This document shows positions 1-10,255 of a DNA stretch of 64,000 bases, in pieces. Source of the stretch: Candidatus Omnitrophota bacterium (GTDB taxonomy: Bacteria; Omnitrophota; Gorgyraeia; 2-01-FULL-45-10); the NCBI GenBank assembly GCA_030695905.1, contig JAUYOL010000001.1, positions 66,023 to 130,022 on the forward strand. The letters run 5' to 3'. Made by a program: the position numbers and the translations under genes. Below the pieces are notes generated by a model. The model made no database searches, was not told the DNA's origin, and saw nothing but the letters and a program-made list of their open reading frames with translations. How positions within the stretch are numbered: position 1 is the stretch's first letter; each line of letters begins with the position of its first letter.

Positions 1-64
1 ACTAAAATAATTACAGTTTTTGTCAACGGCTGTATTGTTCTAAAAGATGGCGGGATAATTTAAG

Positions 65-850
65 ATGAAGCAGTTAAAGGCAAAGATACTTGAAAACAAA
101 ATTGTGGCCCCCGGATTCTATAAAATATGTGTGGAGAGCCCATATCTTGCTAAAGCTACTAAGCCGGGGCAGTTCTTTAAAGTCCGATGCTACGACTCCG
201 GCGAGCCTATTTTGAGAAGGCCGCTGGGAGCGCACAGTATATCGAAAAATAGCGTAGAGATGCTGTATGAAGTCGTGGGCAAAGGGACAGAATTGCTTAC
301 CAAGAAAAAAGCAGGAGACCTTCTCGATATAATCGGTCCTCTCGGCAATGGATTCAGCTTACCCCGGTCTCCGGCCTCCGGCCTCCGATCCCCGATACTG
401 ATAGCAGGCGGCATAGGTGTCGCTCCGCTGCTTGCCTTAGCGCAGAAGATAGCCTCGAAACAGGTAGGATTTCATGTAATAATAGGAGCTAAGACGAAGT
501 CAGGTATTTTGTGCGAAAAGGAGTTTAAAAAATTAGGAGCTTTTGTTATGGTGTCGACCGAGGACGGCTCAAAAGGGCATAAGGGTTATGCCACCGATAT
601 ATTAAAGCATCTATTGAAGACCATTGGCTGCCAGTCGTCGGGCATATACGCGTGCGGCCCACACCCAATGCTTAAGGCCGTGGGCCATATATCGGAGCTT
701 ATGCATATCCCATGCCAGGTATCGCTTGATGAGCGCATGGCATGCGGCGTGGGCGTGTGTTTAGGGTGCCCCGTTAAGGTTAAGTCCGGCGGCTATAAGA
801 TGGTGTGCAAAGACGGCCCGGTCTTTGACGCAAAGGAGATAGCCTGGTGA
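65..850 (+). CDS. pyrK: Dihydroorotate dehydrogenase electron transfer subunit
   Basis: RRPL FAD motif, AGGIGVAP, CGP, MACGVGVCLGC...VCKDGPVF [2Fe-2S] motif; precedes pyrD. Confidence 0.95.
   Translation: MKQLKAKILENKIVAPGFYKICVESPYLAKATKPGQFFKVRCYDSGEPILRRPLGAHSISKNSVEMLYEVVGKGTELLTKKKAGDLLDIIGPLGNGFSLPRSPASGLRSPILIAGGIGVAPLLALAQKIASKQVGFHVIIGAKTKSGILCEKEFKKLGAFVMVSTEDGSKGHKGYATDILKHLLKTIGCQSSGIYACGPHPMLKAVGHISELMHIPCQVSLDERMACGVGVCLGCPVKVKSGGYKMVCKDGPVFDAKEIAW
364..391 (+). repeat. Short 7-bp tandem repeat within pyrK
   Basis: CCGGTCT CCGGCCT CCGGCCT CCGATCC, encoding part of RSPASGLRSP. Confidence 0.6.
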
Positions 851-1755
851 GGACAAACGTCAACATAGGCAAGTTAAAATTAAAAAATCCGGTAATGGTT
901 GCCTCTGGCACATTCGGGCCGGAATACAGCGCATTCTTTAATATAAATAAACTGGGCGCATATATAGCGAAAACGGTCACTTTAAACGCGAGAACCGGGA
1001 ATCCGCCACCCAGAATCGCCGAAACTCCGTCGGGGATGCTAAACGCGATAGGCCTTGAAAACACAGGAGTGTTAGATTTTATTAAGAATAAACTTCCAAA
1101 ACTCCAAGGTATAACAATACCCATCATAGCGAGCATAGCGGGAAACGACGCGCGTGAATTTAAGGAGCTGGCAGCGTCTTTGAGCAAAGTCAAAAAAATC
1201 GCGGGGTTAGAAGTAAATCTTTCCTGTCCGAATGTAAAACACGGTAAAAGAGACTTTTTGATCGCGCAGGACGAACGCGCTACATACGAAATAATAAGAG
1301 CTATCCGCAAGGCAACCAGTCTAACCATAATAGCAAAGCTGTCGCCGAATGTTACCGACATAACGAAGATAGCCCAGGCTGCGGAAAGTGCCGGTGCCAA
1401 CGCGGTCTCATTGGTCAATACATTTATAGGCATGGCGGTGGACATCGAGACAAAAAAGCCCATACTCGGAAATGTTACGGGAGGGTTGAGCGGACCGGCG
1501 ATAAAACCCATCGCACTTCGCATGGTAAGAGACGTATATAAAAAAGTGAAGATACCCGTAGTAGGTATTGGCGGAATAATGGATTATAAAGATGCCGCGG
1601 AATTTATTCTATGCGGCGCAACCGCTATCCAGGTAGGAACCGCTAACTTTGTTAACCCAAGCGCACCGGCGGATATTTTGGAAGGCCTAAAAGATTATAT
1701 AATAAAAAATAAAATCAAAGATATCAACTACCTGATAGGAGCGCTTAAAGTATGA
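847..1755 (+). CDS. pyrD: Dihydroorotate dehydrogenase (family 1B) catalytic subunit
   Basis: NPVMVASGTFG, GNPPPRI, NLSCPN, GGLSGPAIKP motifs. Confidence 0.96.
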   Translation: MRTNVNIGKLKLKNPVMVASGTFGPEYSAFFNINKLGAYIAKTVTLNARTGNPPPRIAETPSGMLNAIGLENTGVLDFIKNKLPKLQGITIPIIASIAGNDAREFKELAASLSKVKKIAGLEVNLSCPNVKHGKRDFLIAQDERATYEIIRAIRKATSLTIIAKLSPNVTDITKIAQAAESAGANAVSLVNTFIGMAVDIETKKPILGNVTGGLSGPAIKPIALRMVRDVYKKVKIPVVGIGGIMDYKDAAEFILCGATAIQVGTANFVNPSAPADILEGLKDYIIKNKIKDINYLIGALKV

Positions 1756-2462
1756 ACGCTAATGAACGCCTTATAGTCGCGTTGGACGTAGACACAAGCC
1801 AAAAAGCGCTTGGGCTTGTAGAGAAACTCAAGAAAGATATTAAAACATTCAAGATAGGCAGCGAGCTATTCACGTCATGCGGGCCGGGCATAGTGGAAGA
1901 AGTGAGAAAAAAAGGCTGTGGAGTATTTCTGGACCTCAAATTTCATGACATACCGAATACGGTGGAAAAATCTGCCATTGCGGCAACAAGGCTCGGCGCG
2001 TTCATATTCAATGTGCACGCGCTTGGAGGCTCGGAGATGATGAAAAGGGCCGGCGCGGCGGTAGCGCAAGAGGCAAAAAAACTTAATATAAATAAGCCAA
2101 AAGTCATAGCGATTACAGTGCTTACCAGCATGGATGAAAATAGCTTGAAGAAGATAGGCATAGATGATAACATGGAAACCCAAGTTTTGAAGCTTGCGAA
2201 ATTAGCTGAAGGTTCCGGCTTAGACGGCGTCGTAGCGTCTCCGGCAGAAGTGAAATTAATCAGAAAAAATTTGGGGAAAGATTTTTTAATAGTTACTCCC
2301 GGAGTAAGGCCTTCATGGGCGGCCAAGGGCGACCAGAAAAGAGTGGCAACTCCGAAAGAAGCCATCGATAACGGAGCCGATTTTATAGTAGTCGGCAGGC
2401 CGATCATAGAGGCCGCGGATCCTGTAGAAGCGGCAAAAAGAGTCTTAGAAGAGATCGGGTGA
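1752..2462 (+). CDS. pyrF: Orotidine-5'-phosphate decarboxylase
   Basis: IVALD, DLKFHDIPNT, VTPGVR, VVGRPI motifs. Confidence 0.97.
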   Translation: MNANERLIVALDVDTSQKALGLVEKLKKDIKTFKIGSELFTSCGPGIVEEVRKKGCGVFLDLKFHDIPNTVEKSAIAATRLGAFIFNVHALGGSEMMKRAGAAVAQEAKKLNINKPKVIAITVLTSMDENSLKKIGIDDNMETQVLKLAKLAEGSGLDGVVASPAEVKLIRKNLGKDFLIVTPGVRPSWAAKGDQKRVATPKEAIDNGADFIVVGRPIIEAADPVEAAKRVLEEIG

Positions 2463-3031
2463 TGAACGAAAAAGACGTTTTAGATATATTTAACAAACAA
2501 AATGCTCTTCTGACAGGGCATTTTAAGCTTTCAAGCGGCTTACATAGCGAAAAATATTTGCAATGTGCTCTTGTGCTGCAATATCCGGATATCGCGCAGA
2601 AGCTTTCCGTGGAGCTGGCGAAGAAATTCTCTAAAACAAAGATAGATCTTGTTGTCGGCCCGGCTCTCGGCGGTGTAACGTTCGCGTATGAGGTCGCAAG
2701 AGCCCTGGGCGTAAGAGGACTGTTTACAGAGCGCCAGGAAGGAAAGATGGTGTTGCGCCGCGGGTTTTCGATAGGTAAGGGCGAAAAGGTTTTAGTCGTA
2801 GAAGATGTCGTTACGACCGGCGGATCGACAAAGGAAGTAATAGACGTTGTTAAATCTTGCGGGGCTGATGTTGTAGGTGTAGGCAGTGTAATCGACAGAA
2901 GCAGCGCCGCGATAGATTTTGGCGTGCCTTTTTACGCGCTCGCTAAAGTGAGAGTCGAGACCTTTGAGGAAACCGGCTGTCCACTGTGTAAAAAGAACGT
3001 TCCGGTAACCAAACCTGGTTCAAGGAAGTAA
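2459..3031 (+). CDS. pyrE: Orotate phosphoribosyltransferase
   Basis: GHFKLSSG, VVEDVVTTGGS PRPP-binding motif; in pyr operon. Confidence 0.96.
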   Translation: MMNEKDVLDIFNKQNALLTGHFKLSSGLHSEKYLQCALVLQYPDIAQKLSVELAKKFSKTKIDLVVGPALGGVTFAYEVARALGVRGLFTERQEGKMVLRRGFSIGKGEKVLVVEDVVTTGGSTKEVIDVVKSCGADVVGVGSVIDRSSAAIDFGVPFYALAKVRVETFEETGCPLCKKNVPVTKPGSRK

Positions 3032-3068
3032 CAATATAGCGGTATTTGTAGTATAATATTGAAAATTC

Positions 3069-3143
3069 GGGCAAGTAGCTCAATGGCGGAGCACTCGGTT
3101 TACATCCGATAGGTTACAGGTTCGACCCCTGTCTTGCCCACCA
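3069..3143 (+). tRNA. tRNA-Val(TAC)
   Basis: Cloverleaf GGGCAAG/CTTGCCC acceptor stem, anticodon loop TT-TAC-AT, T-arm ACAGG-TTCGACC-CCTGT, encoded CCA. Confidence 0.93.
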
Positions 3144-3189
3144 TAAACAAAAATCTCCCACACATAATGGATGTGGGATTTTTGTTTAT
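3143..3189. terminator. Bidirectional hairpin terminator between tRNA-Val and convergent nth
   Basis: ATAAACAAAAATC..CCACA / TGTGGGATTTTTGTTTAT inverted repeat with A- and T-tracts. Confidence 0.7.
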
Positions 3190-3827
3190 TTATGGTAGAA
3201 GATCTTTTTGGATGGGCAGAGATTGCCCAGGACACACTCAAGGCACTTAGGTTTTGCTGCGACGCAAATAGCTCGACCATGCGCAATCAGCAGGTCGCTT
3301 AATTTGGGCCAGTCTTTTTTCGGCGTTATCTTCATTAGATCGACCTCGATTTTTACGGGGTCTTCGTTTTTTGTTAGTCCGAGCCGAAGGCTTAAGCGGC
3401 GCACATGCGTATCGACAGCGATGCCTTCTATCTTGCCATAGCCATGTGACAGCACTATATTGGCCGTTTTCCGCGCGACGCCGGGCAGCTCTATCAATTT
3501 CTCCATCGAATCAGGGACCCTGCCTTTAAACTTTTCCACTATAATCTTCGCCGAGCCTATTATATTCTTCGCCTTGCTATGATAGAATCCCGTAGAGCGG
3601 ATCTGCGATTCGAAGGTCTTTAAATTCGCGGACGCGAAATCCGCCGCGGTTTTATATTTTTTGAATAACGGCCCTGTGACGATATTTACTCTCTTATCGG
3701 TACACTGCGCGGAAAGAATAGTAGCTACCAGCAACTGAAGAGTGTTTTTATGCAGGAGGGCCGTTGTAGCGCCGGGGTATTCTTTTTTCAGAAGGTGTAA
3801 GATCCTGCCTATTCTATTTTTTGGCAT
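3186..3827 (-). CDS. nth: Endonuclease III
   Basis: LSAQCTD, HhH LPGVARKTAN, VDTHV, C-terminal CxxxxxxCxxCxxxxxC Fe-S motif. Confidence 0.96.
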   Translation of the reverse strand: MPKNRIGRILHLLKKEYPGATTALLHKNTLQLLVATILSAQCTDKRVNIVTGPLFKKYKTAADFASANLKTFESQIRSTGFYHSKAKNIIGSAKIIVEKFKGRVPDSMEKLIELPGVARKTANIVLSHGYGKIEGIAVDTHVRRLSLRLGLTKNEDPVKIEVDLMKITPKKDWPKLSDLLIAHGRAICVAAKPKCLECVLGNLCPSKKIFYHK

Positions 3828-4992
3828 GCGCTTTCTTTTCGGCGTCGCGTTTTTTAGCTTTTTTTAAGGATGGGTCGAAGTGCTCAAATTTCAGGAACTG
3901 GCAGATGAAGTTAAAGACAGGCCGAAACATTCTATTTTGGAGCCTTACATAAAGGTGAAGAGGAATAAATTCAAACCCGAGCCTTCTTTTTGGCTCATAT
4001 CCCGTGATGCCCATCGCATATTTTTTTATCTTATTGGCTATACACCAATTAAGGACATCGCGGAACTTCAAAAAATAAAGATGGTACTGGTGGGCTATCG
4101 TATAATCCAGTCCTACATAGTAATCTATCAGAATGTCCTCGGATACAAGGCACAACAAAAACGCCACTAACCTGCCGTCTATCTTCCAAAGGAAATATTT
4201 TACTTTTCCGGGCATGTTCTTAGGCAGGTTTTTAAAGAATGCCGGAGGCAAAAGCTCAAAACCCATGTCATGTTTTTCCACGATATCAAGATACAGCTTA
4301 TACACATCCTTTAACGTGGCATCGTCGGGGTTATCCGCTATCTCCATAGCTATTTTTAATTTACCGTCTACTTTTTTGAACTTTCTCCTTAAGTCATAAC
4401 GGTTGGGCGCGCTTAAGGTATTTAAATATTCCTCGAAGTTTTTAAACTTTACGTCCAGCATGGTTGTGGGCAGGCTGTCGAATTTTTTGAAACCCTTATT
4501 TTTTAGAGGAGCCAGCAAATTTATATATTCATCGCGAAAGTCCTTAAACGCGATTACCGCCGCTTTGTTTTTTCTTGCCGTCTGTTCCAACTTGCGGGAT
4601 ATCGTTTCGATAACGGCTTTACTACACACAGAAGATCCGATGTGGCCTTCCCCCATGGGCATGCCGCACACCAGAGCTTTTAGGCTGAATATATTAGGCA
4701 GGCGTTTTTTTATCGAATTTGTAACACGTCTTAATGGGCCGTTGATACTTGTATCGAGGGAGTAATTTAGCAGGAAGAACGTGGTGGCCGCGACAGGCGT
4801 TTTGCGGTCATAGACCATCAGATAATGCATTGTAAATTGGTCTAAATTCGCTTCGTCGAGATTATTGAAAAAGCCATAATTTTCAAGCACATCGGGGTAG
4901 ACCTTCTTCCAGTCAGTTTCCGGCATATCGGTTATGCGCCTGGTTACCCTTGTCTTAAGGCCTGTTTTTTTATGGCGACGCGATAAGATCAA
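3814..4992 (-). CDS. GNAT/FemAB-like acyltransferase (peptidoglycan biosynthesis/recognition family)
   Basis: FEEYLNTLS...RYDLRR, YVGLDY...LYF, G.TGYEPKRRLG pattern typical of FemAB-like GNATs. Confidence 0.7.
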   Translation of the reverse strand: MILSRRHKKTGLKTRVTRRITDMPETDWKKVYPDVLENYGFFNNLDEANLDQFTMHYLMVYDRKTPVAATTFFLLNYSLDTSINGPLRRVTNSIKKRLPNIFSLKALVCGMPMGEGHIGSSVCSKAVIETISRKLEQTARKNKAAVIAFKDFRDEYINLLAPLKNKGFKKFDSLPTTMLDVKFKNFEEYLNTLSAPNRYDLRRKFKKVDGKLKIAMEIADNPDDATLKDVYKLYLDIVEKHDMGFELLPPAFFKNLPKNMPGKVKYFLWKIDGRLVAFLLCLVSEDILIDYYVGLDYTIAHQYHLYFLKFRDVLNWCIANKIKKYAMGITGYEPKRRLGFEFIPLHLYVRLQNRMFRPVFNFICQFLKFEHFDPSLKKAKKRDAEKKAHAKK

Positions 4993-5081
4993 TTTTATCG
5001 TCCTTCCGGGTGGATATTACAGAGTCTATGCGGTATATGATATCATTGGTATATATATTTGGCAAGATTTGGTTGTGGGGG

Positions 5082-7130
5082 TTATCTTTCTTTTTTTAGC
5101 ACACCGAGGAAAGCATCCACTATCTTTGGGTCGAATTGAGTGCCCGCGCCGCTTTTAATTATTTTTACCGCTTCTTTTTTTGGAAGCGCTTTGCGGTAGG
5201 GGCGGTCTGAAATTAGCGCCTGGTAGACGTCGGCTATCGCGACTATGCGCGCGCCTATAGGTATGGACTCCTTTCTTAGGCTGTGCGGATATCCTTTGCC
5301 GTTCCACCACTCATGATGGTGGAGAATGACAGGTATAATGTCGCGCAGGGAGTGTATCGGCCTTACAATATCAGCGCCTATCTGGGGGTGCTCTTTAATA
5401 ATTTCTCTTTCCTGTTTCGTTAGTTTCCCGGCCTTAAGAAGGATCTTTTCGGGTACGCCGATCTTCCCAAGGTCGTGCAGCACCGAAGCTTCTTTTATGA
5501 CTTCTATCTTATCTTTTGGCAGGCCAAGCGAATGGGCTATACCCGTAGCGTAGTGGATCGTTTTTTCCACATGCTCACCGGTATAACGGTCTTTTAATTC
5601 GATAGTTTTAGCGAAAGCAAATATAGCTTCTATTACGCTTTGATTCCCGCGGGCGGTAAGCTTTTTTATCTTATTCTTTAACACATCAACACCTGGTTCT
5701 TCCTGTGGCTGTGTGATATCTTTTTTTATTTCCAGATCCACATATGAATATACCCTGTCTCCACCGTCTTCTTTGGCCTTATTCAGTATCTGGTCAGCTA
5801 TGTCGATAAAGTCGATTCCGCAATCGATTCTTTTATCGATAGGGTATGAACTGACTGCCGCGCTTGCCTTGATCTTTACACTGTGTTTTTTATCACCAAA
5901 ACCATGCAAGCGTATCATGTCGAGTATTCTTTGGGCCAGGGTGAGCGCTTCATATTTTCCGGTACCTGGAGATATGATAATAAACTCCTCTCCGCCGAAC
6001 CTTATCACTATATCGTAAACGCGGACCTCTTTTTTTAATAACCTTGCGAACTGTTTTAATATTGTATCGCCGAACTGGTGCCCATAGACATCGTTTATCG
6101 ACTTGAAATAATCTATATCCATCATGATTACAGAAAGCTCCTGGGAGTGTCTTTTTGCGCGCTCAAGCTCCGACTTCATTGCGTCAACAAGATAGTGATG
6201 ATTGTATAGACCGGTATGAGAGTCTTTCAAGGCAAGATGTTTCAGGTTTTCATTTGCCTTCGAAAGCGCGCTGTTTAATTCCATTATCTTATTTTCCGAT
6301 TCTTTGCGCTCTGTAATATCGCGTGTTATCGCGAGCAGCTGATACTTGCCTCCTATGATAGCGCGCCTTAAGCTTACCTCTACCCAAAATGTCCTGCCTA
6401 CCTTATCTTTAACGAGCTGCTCGAAAAGCTGTGGTTGTCCGCGCCCTGCTTTATCATAACTATCCCATACATTCTTTAACATATGAGGGCTCTCTCCCGG
6501 AATGACGGCCTGCAGGTCGAGCCCAGCCATCTCTTCCCTGCGGTAACAAAAAAGCTCGCAAGCTCTTTCATTCGCGTCGATTATTTTATATGTTTTTATA
6601 TCCCTTATTATTATCGCGTCATTCGCTGACTCGAATATAGAATGGTAGCTCTCTTCCGATATTCTGCACGCGTTCTCCATCTCCTTGCGTTGCGTGATAT
6701 CATGGAATACGCCCTGCACCACTTCCTTGTTTTCTATTTCTGTAATAGAACAGCTTATAAGCACCGTCTTTATCTTTCCGGATTTTGTTACTATATCCGC
6801 TTCATCCACACCCATTTTATTAAAAGCCTGGCCGAAGAACATATCTTTGTAGCGCCCTGCTTCATCAGCGGGATGCAGCGTTGTCTGGTGCTGGCCTATA
6901 ATCCCATCCTTAGATCTCTCAAAAAGCTTTTCGGCAGCCTTGTTGCAGTTGATAATAATGCCTGTTTCAGGGTCGGCCCACATGATAGCGTCAAGGGCGT
7001 TCTCGAACGCGAGCCTGAACCTCTTTTCGTTTTCCTGCAATTCCTGGGTGCGGTCTCTTACCAGGTTTTCAAGATGCTCTCTGTAGCGTTTTAGCTCTTC
7101 ATTTTTTTGCTCATGTTCACTCGAGCACAT
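5082..7130 (-). CDS. PAS-PAS-GGDEF-HD-GYP protein (diguanylate cyclase/phosphodiesterase)
   Basis: Two PAS/PAC (HDITQRK, RDITERK), DIDYFKSIND.YGH, RFGGEEF, LHDLGK, HHEWWNGKGYP. Confidence 0.92.
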   Translation of the reverse strand: MCSSEHEQKNEELKRYREHLENLVRDRTQELQENEKRFRLAFENALDAIMWADPETGIIINCNKAAEKLFERSKDGIIGQHQTTLHPADEAGRYKDMFFGQAFNKMGVDEADIVTKSGKIKTVLISCSITEIENKEVVQGVFHDITQRKEMENACRISEESYHSIFESANDAIIIRDIKTYKIIDANERACELFCYRREEMAGLDLQAVIPGESPHMLKNVWDSYDKAGRGQPQLFEQLVKDKVGRTFWVEVSLRRAIIGGKYQLLAITRDITERKESENKIMELNSALSKANENLKHLALKDSHTGLYNHHYLVDAMKSELERAKRHSQELSVIMMDIDYFKSINDVYGHQFGDTILKQFARLLKKEVRVYDIVIRFGGEEFIIISPGTGKYEALTLAQRILDMIRLHGFGDKKHSVKIKASAAVSSYPIDKRIDCGIDFIDIADQILNKAKEDGGDRVYSYVDLEIKKDITQPQEEPGVDVLKNKIKKLTARGNQSVIEAIFAFAKTIELKDRYTGEHVEKTIHYATGIAHSLGLPKDKIEVIKEASVLHDLGKIGVPEKILLKAGKLTKQEREIIKEHPQIGADIVRPIHSLRDIIPVILHHHEWWNGKGYPHSLRKESIPIGARIVAIADVYQALISDRPYRKALPKKEAVKIIKSGAGTQFDPKIVDAFLGVLKKER

Positions 7131-7166
7131 TTTTACATGTCTCCTAATACGGGTAAAAAAGCAGGC

Positions 7167-7529
7167 TTATCTAATAAACATTCTTATTTTTTCGAGTAGA
7201 TCTGCCGGCTCAAAAGGCTTTAATATGTAGTCATCGGCGCCCATCTCTTTTATTCTTTCAGGGACACGGATGATACTTGCGGTAAATATTATAATAGGTA
7301 TGTGTTTAAAATGTGGATCGGACTTTAATTTTTTGCAAAGCACATCCCCCTGCATTTCGGGCAGAAGCAGGTCCAGCAGTATCAGATCCGGCATCTCTGT
7401 TTTCAGCAGTTTAAGAGTCTCCTCACTGCTCGTCGTCGATAATATGTCGTAGCCGGCGGCTTTTAGTCTCTCCTGGGCGAGGGTAAGAAGATCCGGTTCG
7501 TCCTCAACTATTAGTATTTTTTTTGCCAT
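7167..7529 (-). CDS. Single-domain response regulator
   Basis: KILIVEDE, LLDLLLP, YILKPF; start reassigned to ATG 7529 just after the upstream kinase stop. Confidence 0.9.
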   Translation of the reverse strand: MAKKILIVEDEPDLLTLAQERLKAAGYDILSTTSSEETLKLLKTEMPDLILLDLLLPEMQGDVLCKKLKSDPHFKHIPIIIFTASIIRVPERIKEMGADDYILKPFEPADLLEKIRMFIR

Positions 7530-7530
7530 A

Positions 7531-9399
7531 TCATCTTCTCCGTTCTGTGATTGGTAAGACAAAATGTACGGTTGTTCCCTTGCCGAATTCTGACTCGGCC
7601 CAGATCTTTCCTTTATGTATTTCAATAATCTCTTTTGATATGGCAAGTCCTAACCCTGATCCGCCAACCTTTCTTTCCACTTGAGAAAACCGCTTGAATA
7701 GTTTGGGCATATCATCCTCTTTTATTCCACAGCCGGTATCGGTTACCGATACCTGGATGGAATTATCGCCCTTTATGGAAGCTATCGTTATACTGCCCCT
7801 TTTTGTATACTTTACAGCATTGCTGATGAGATTGTTCAGGACCTCTATAATCTTGTCTTTATCGAAATTGGCACGAGGCAACTTATTTTCAAGTTTGAGA
7901 TTAAATTTTAGCCTATTCTTGCTTACCAGGGAAAGCATTGCCAGATGGACCTCGCGGATGATGTCGTTAATATTGTTTTCCTCGAATTTAAGTTTCATCA
8001 TACCAGCGTCGAGCTTTTGGAAGTCCAGCACCTGATTGATTAATCTCGTAAGCCTGTCTATATTCCTTTTTGCTATATCAAGTATATCCTTTTTTTCCGT
8101 ATCTATAATGCCGGTCCTACTTTCGGTGACAAGAGAGAAAGCCTCCTTTATAGCGCTTAGCGGGGTTCTAAGCTCATGAGATACCATATTCATAAAGTCT
8201 TCTTTTGCCGTTATCGCCTGTTTGCGCTCGGTGATGTCACGCACTATAGAAAGAAGGCAGTACCTTCCTCCTATAATCGCCCGTTTTGCGTTGACTTCGA
8301 CCCAGAACTCCCTGCCGAATTTATCTTTAGTAAACCATTCAAAAATCTGTGGTATGCCGGAAGCCGCCTGTTCGTAAAACTGCCTGCATTTTTCAGCGGT
8401 ATATTGGCCAAAACTAATGTAAAAAGGCTCCAAATTTAACCCTATCATTTCCTCTTTAGGATAGCAAAAGATTTCACATGCTTTGCTGTTAACATTTATT
8501 ATGTGGTATGTTTTGATATCGCGAATAATAATTCCGTCATTCGCTGACTCGAATATAGAGTGGTAGCTCTCTTCCGATACCCTGCAAGCGTTCTCCATCT
8601 CCTTGCGCTGCGTAATATCGTGGAATACGCCCTGCATGACCCGTTTATTTTCTATCTCTGTCATAGAGCAGCTTATGAGCACTATTTTTATCTTTCCGGA
8701 TTTTGTCACTATAGTAGCTTCATCCACACCCATTTTGTTCAAAATTTGATTTTTAAACATTTCGGAATAACGTTCTTTTTCATTAGTAGGATGCAGAGTT
8801 GTTTGGTGACGGCCTATTAGTTCATCCTTAGATTTCTCAAAAAGCTTTTCGGCAGCCTTGTTGCAGTTGATAATAATGCCTGTTTCCGGGTCGGCCCACA
8901 GGATAGTGTCAAGGGCGTTCTCAAAAGCGAGCCGAAACTTTTTTTCACTTTCCTGCAGCGCTCGGGTACGATCACCCAGCAATTTTTCCAGATTTTGTTT
9001 ATATAAATTCGTCTCCGAGTCTTTTCTTATGCGCTCACTTATGTCCTCCACCATCTCAACAGCGGCTGTAATATTACCATTGGCATCCTTCAGAGGAGAA
9101 GAGACGATTCTGTAATTGACTATACGGCCGCCCACAGGTGTTTGTGTTATCGCTTCATGCACAAGCCCGTCTTTTAGAGTCAGACAAGTAGGGCAGTAAG
9201 AACAGATGCTATCGCGGGGAGGATTATTAAATGTGCGATAGCATATAGGTTTTTTTGCGACATCTATATAGGGGAACCACTGCCTCATCTTTGTGTTAAG
9301 CGCAAGTATCTGCATATCTGGGCTTATTAGTGCAATGCCTATATCTATGCTATCAACCATGCCCCTGCATATCTCATCAGTTAATCTGAATGTTTCCAT
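7531..9399 (-). CDS. PAS-domain sensor histidine kinase
   Basis: Three PAS-like domains, H-box VSHELRTPL, NLISNAVKY, DTGCGI, GSGLGLAI. Confidence 0.93.
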   Translation of the reverse strand: METFRLTDEICRGMVDSIDIGIALISPDMQILALNTKMRQWFPYIDVAKKPICYRTFNNPPRDSICSYCPTCLTLKDGLVHEAITQTPVGGRIVNYRIVSSPLKDANGNITAAVEMVEDISERIRKDSETNLYKQNLEKLLGDRTRALQESEKKFRLAFENALDTILWADPETGIIINCNKAAEKLFEKSKDELIGRHQTTLHPTNEKERYSEMFKNQILNKMGVDEATIVTKSGKIKIVLISCSMTEIENKRVMQGVFHDITQRKEMENACRVSEESYHSIFESANDGIIIRDIKTYHIINVNSKACEIFCYPKEEMIGLNLEPFYISFGQYTAEKCRQFYEQAASGIPQIFEWFTKDKFGREFWVEVNAKRAIIGGRYCLLSIVRDITERKQAITAKEDFMNMVSHELRTPLSAIKEAFSLVTESRTGIIDTEKKDILDIAKRNIDRLTRLINQVLDFQKLDAGMMKLKFEENNINDIIREVHLAMLSLVSKNRLKFNLKLENKLPRANFDKDKIIEVLNNLISNAVKYTKRGSITIASIKGDNSIQVSVTDTGCGIKEDDMPKLFKRFSQVERKVGGSGLGLAISKEIIEIHKGKIWAESEFGKGTTVHFVLPITERRR

Positions 9400-9409
9400 A
9401 TTTAGCTAC

Positions 9410-9784
9410 TTAAGCCTTCCCGCTCTCTCTATCTATTATCTCTACTATGCTATCAAGCAGAGAATCCATGCTTGCCGATTTTTCCAGATATTCATCCGCG
9501 CCGGAATATTTGGCTATGGGAGCCGATATTGCCGGATAGCCGGTGAGAAACACGGTTTTTGTATCAAGCTTATTCGTTTTAACATACTTAGCGAGCTCCA
9601 AGCCCGTAAGCCCCGGCATATTAAAGTCCACAAATATTATGTCGTAGTGGTTACTTTTTATCATATCCAATGCCCTGTCTCCGTCATAAGCAAAATCCAC
9701 GCGATGGCCTTTTCCCGTTAAAAATTTCTTTATTATACCTATGAGATCCTTATCGTCATCGGCGATAAGTATATTCTTTTCCAT
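9410..9784 (-). CDS. Single-domain response regulator
   Basis: ILIADDD, VDFNMPGLTG, YLEK. Confidence 0.88.
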   Translation of the reverse strand: MEKNILIADDDKDLIGIIKKFLTGKGHRVDFAYDGDRALDMIKSNHYDIIFVDFNMPGLTGLELAKYVKTNKLDTKTVFLTGYPAISAPIAKYSGADEYLEKSASMDSLLDSIVEIIDRESGKA

Positions 9785-9799
9785 ATTGGTACCTCCAAT

Positions 9800-10255
9800 C
9801 TATTTGGGCGGTATTTGGTTTAATAAGAGCCAATATAGCCCCAGCTCCGAGACCGCCGTGACAAACTTATCAAACTCTACGGGCTTGGGTATGTAGCTAT
9901 TTGCCCCATATTTATAGCTTTTAACCAGGTCCTCCTCCTCTTTTGAAGAGGTCAGTATTACAACGGGTATTGATTTGGTTTTATCGTCCGTCTTTATTTT
10001 GCGCAATACTTCCAGGCCGTCCACCTTTGGAAGCTTTATATCGAGCAGTATTACTTTCGGCCTGATGCCGTTATTGCCATTCTTTTTTGCCGCATATGCG
10101 CCTTCGTGGAAGATAAAGTCGAGGGCCTCAGCGCCGTCCTTTACCACATAAACTTTATTGGCAAGCCTTCGCTTTTCTAAAACCCTCAAGATAAGCTCGA
10201 TATCGTCAGGATTATCCTCAACCAAAAGAATGTCAGCCGCTTCTTTTATTCCCAT
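9800..10255 (-). CDS. Response regulator (Rcp1-like)
   Basis: [33 protein letters not shown]; start reassigned to ATG 10255. Confidence 0.9.
   Translation of the reverse strand: MGIKEAADILLVEDNPDDIELILRVLEKRRLANKVYVVKDGAEALDFIFHEGAYAAKKNGNNGIRPKVILLDIKLPKVDGLEVLRKIKTDDKTKSIPVVILTSSKEEEDLVKSYKYGANSYIPKPVEFDKFVTAVSELGLYWLLLNQIPPK

Noticed and set aside
780-2407. Long antisense ORFs (also 20965-21648, 41605-42126, 52548-53222)
   Set aside because: Shadows of well-supported genes on the opposite strand
7530-7646. Long N-terminal extensions of response regulators (also 10256-10423)
   Set aside because: They overlap the upstream kinase genes; receiver domains start at 7529 and 10255
6295-8990. 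PAS duplication as a DGR template/variable repeat
   Set aside because: No reverse transcriptase in the window, both copies are coding, and differences are not obviously adenine-specific
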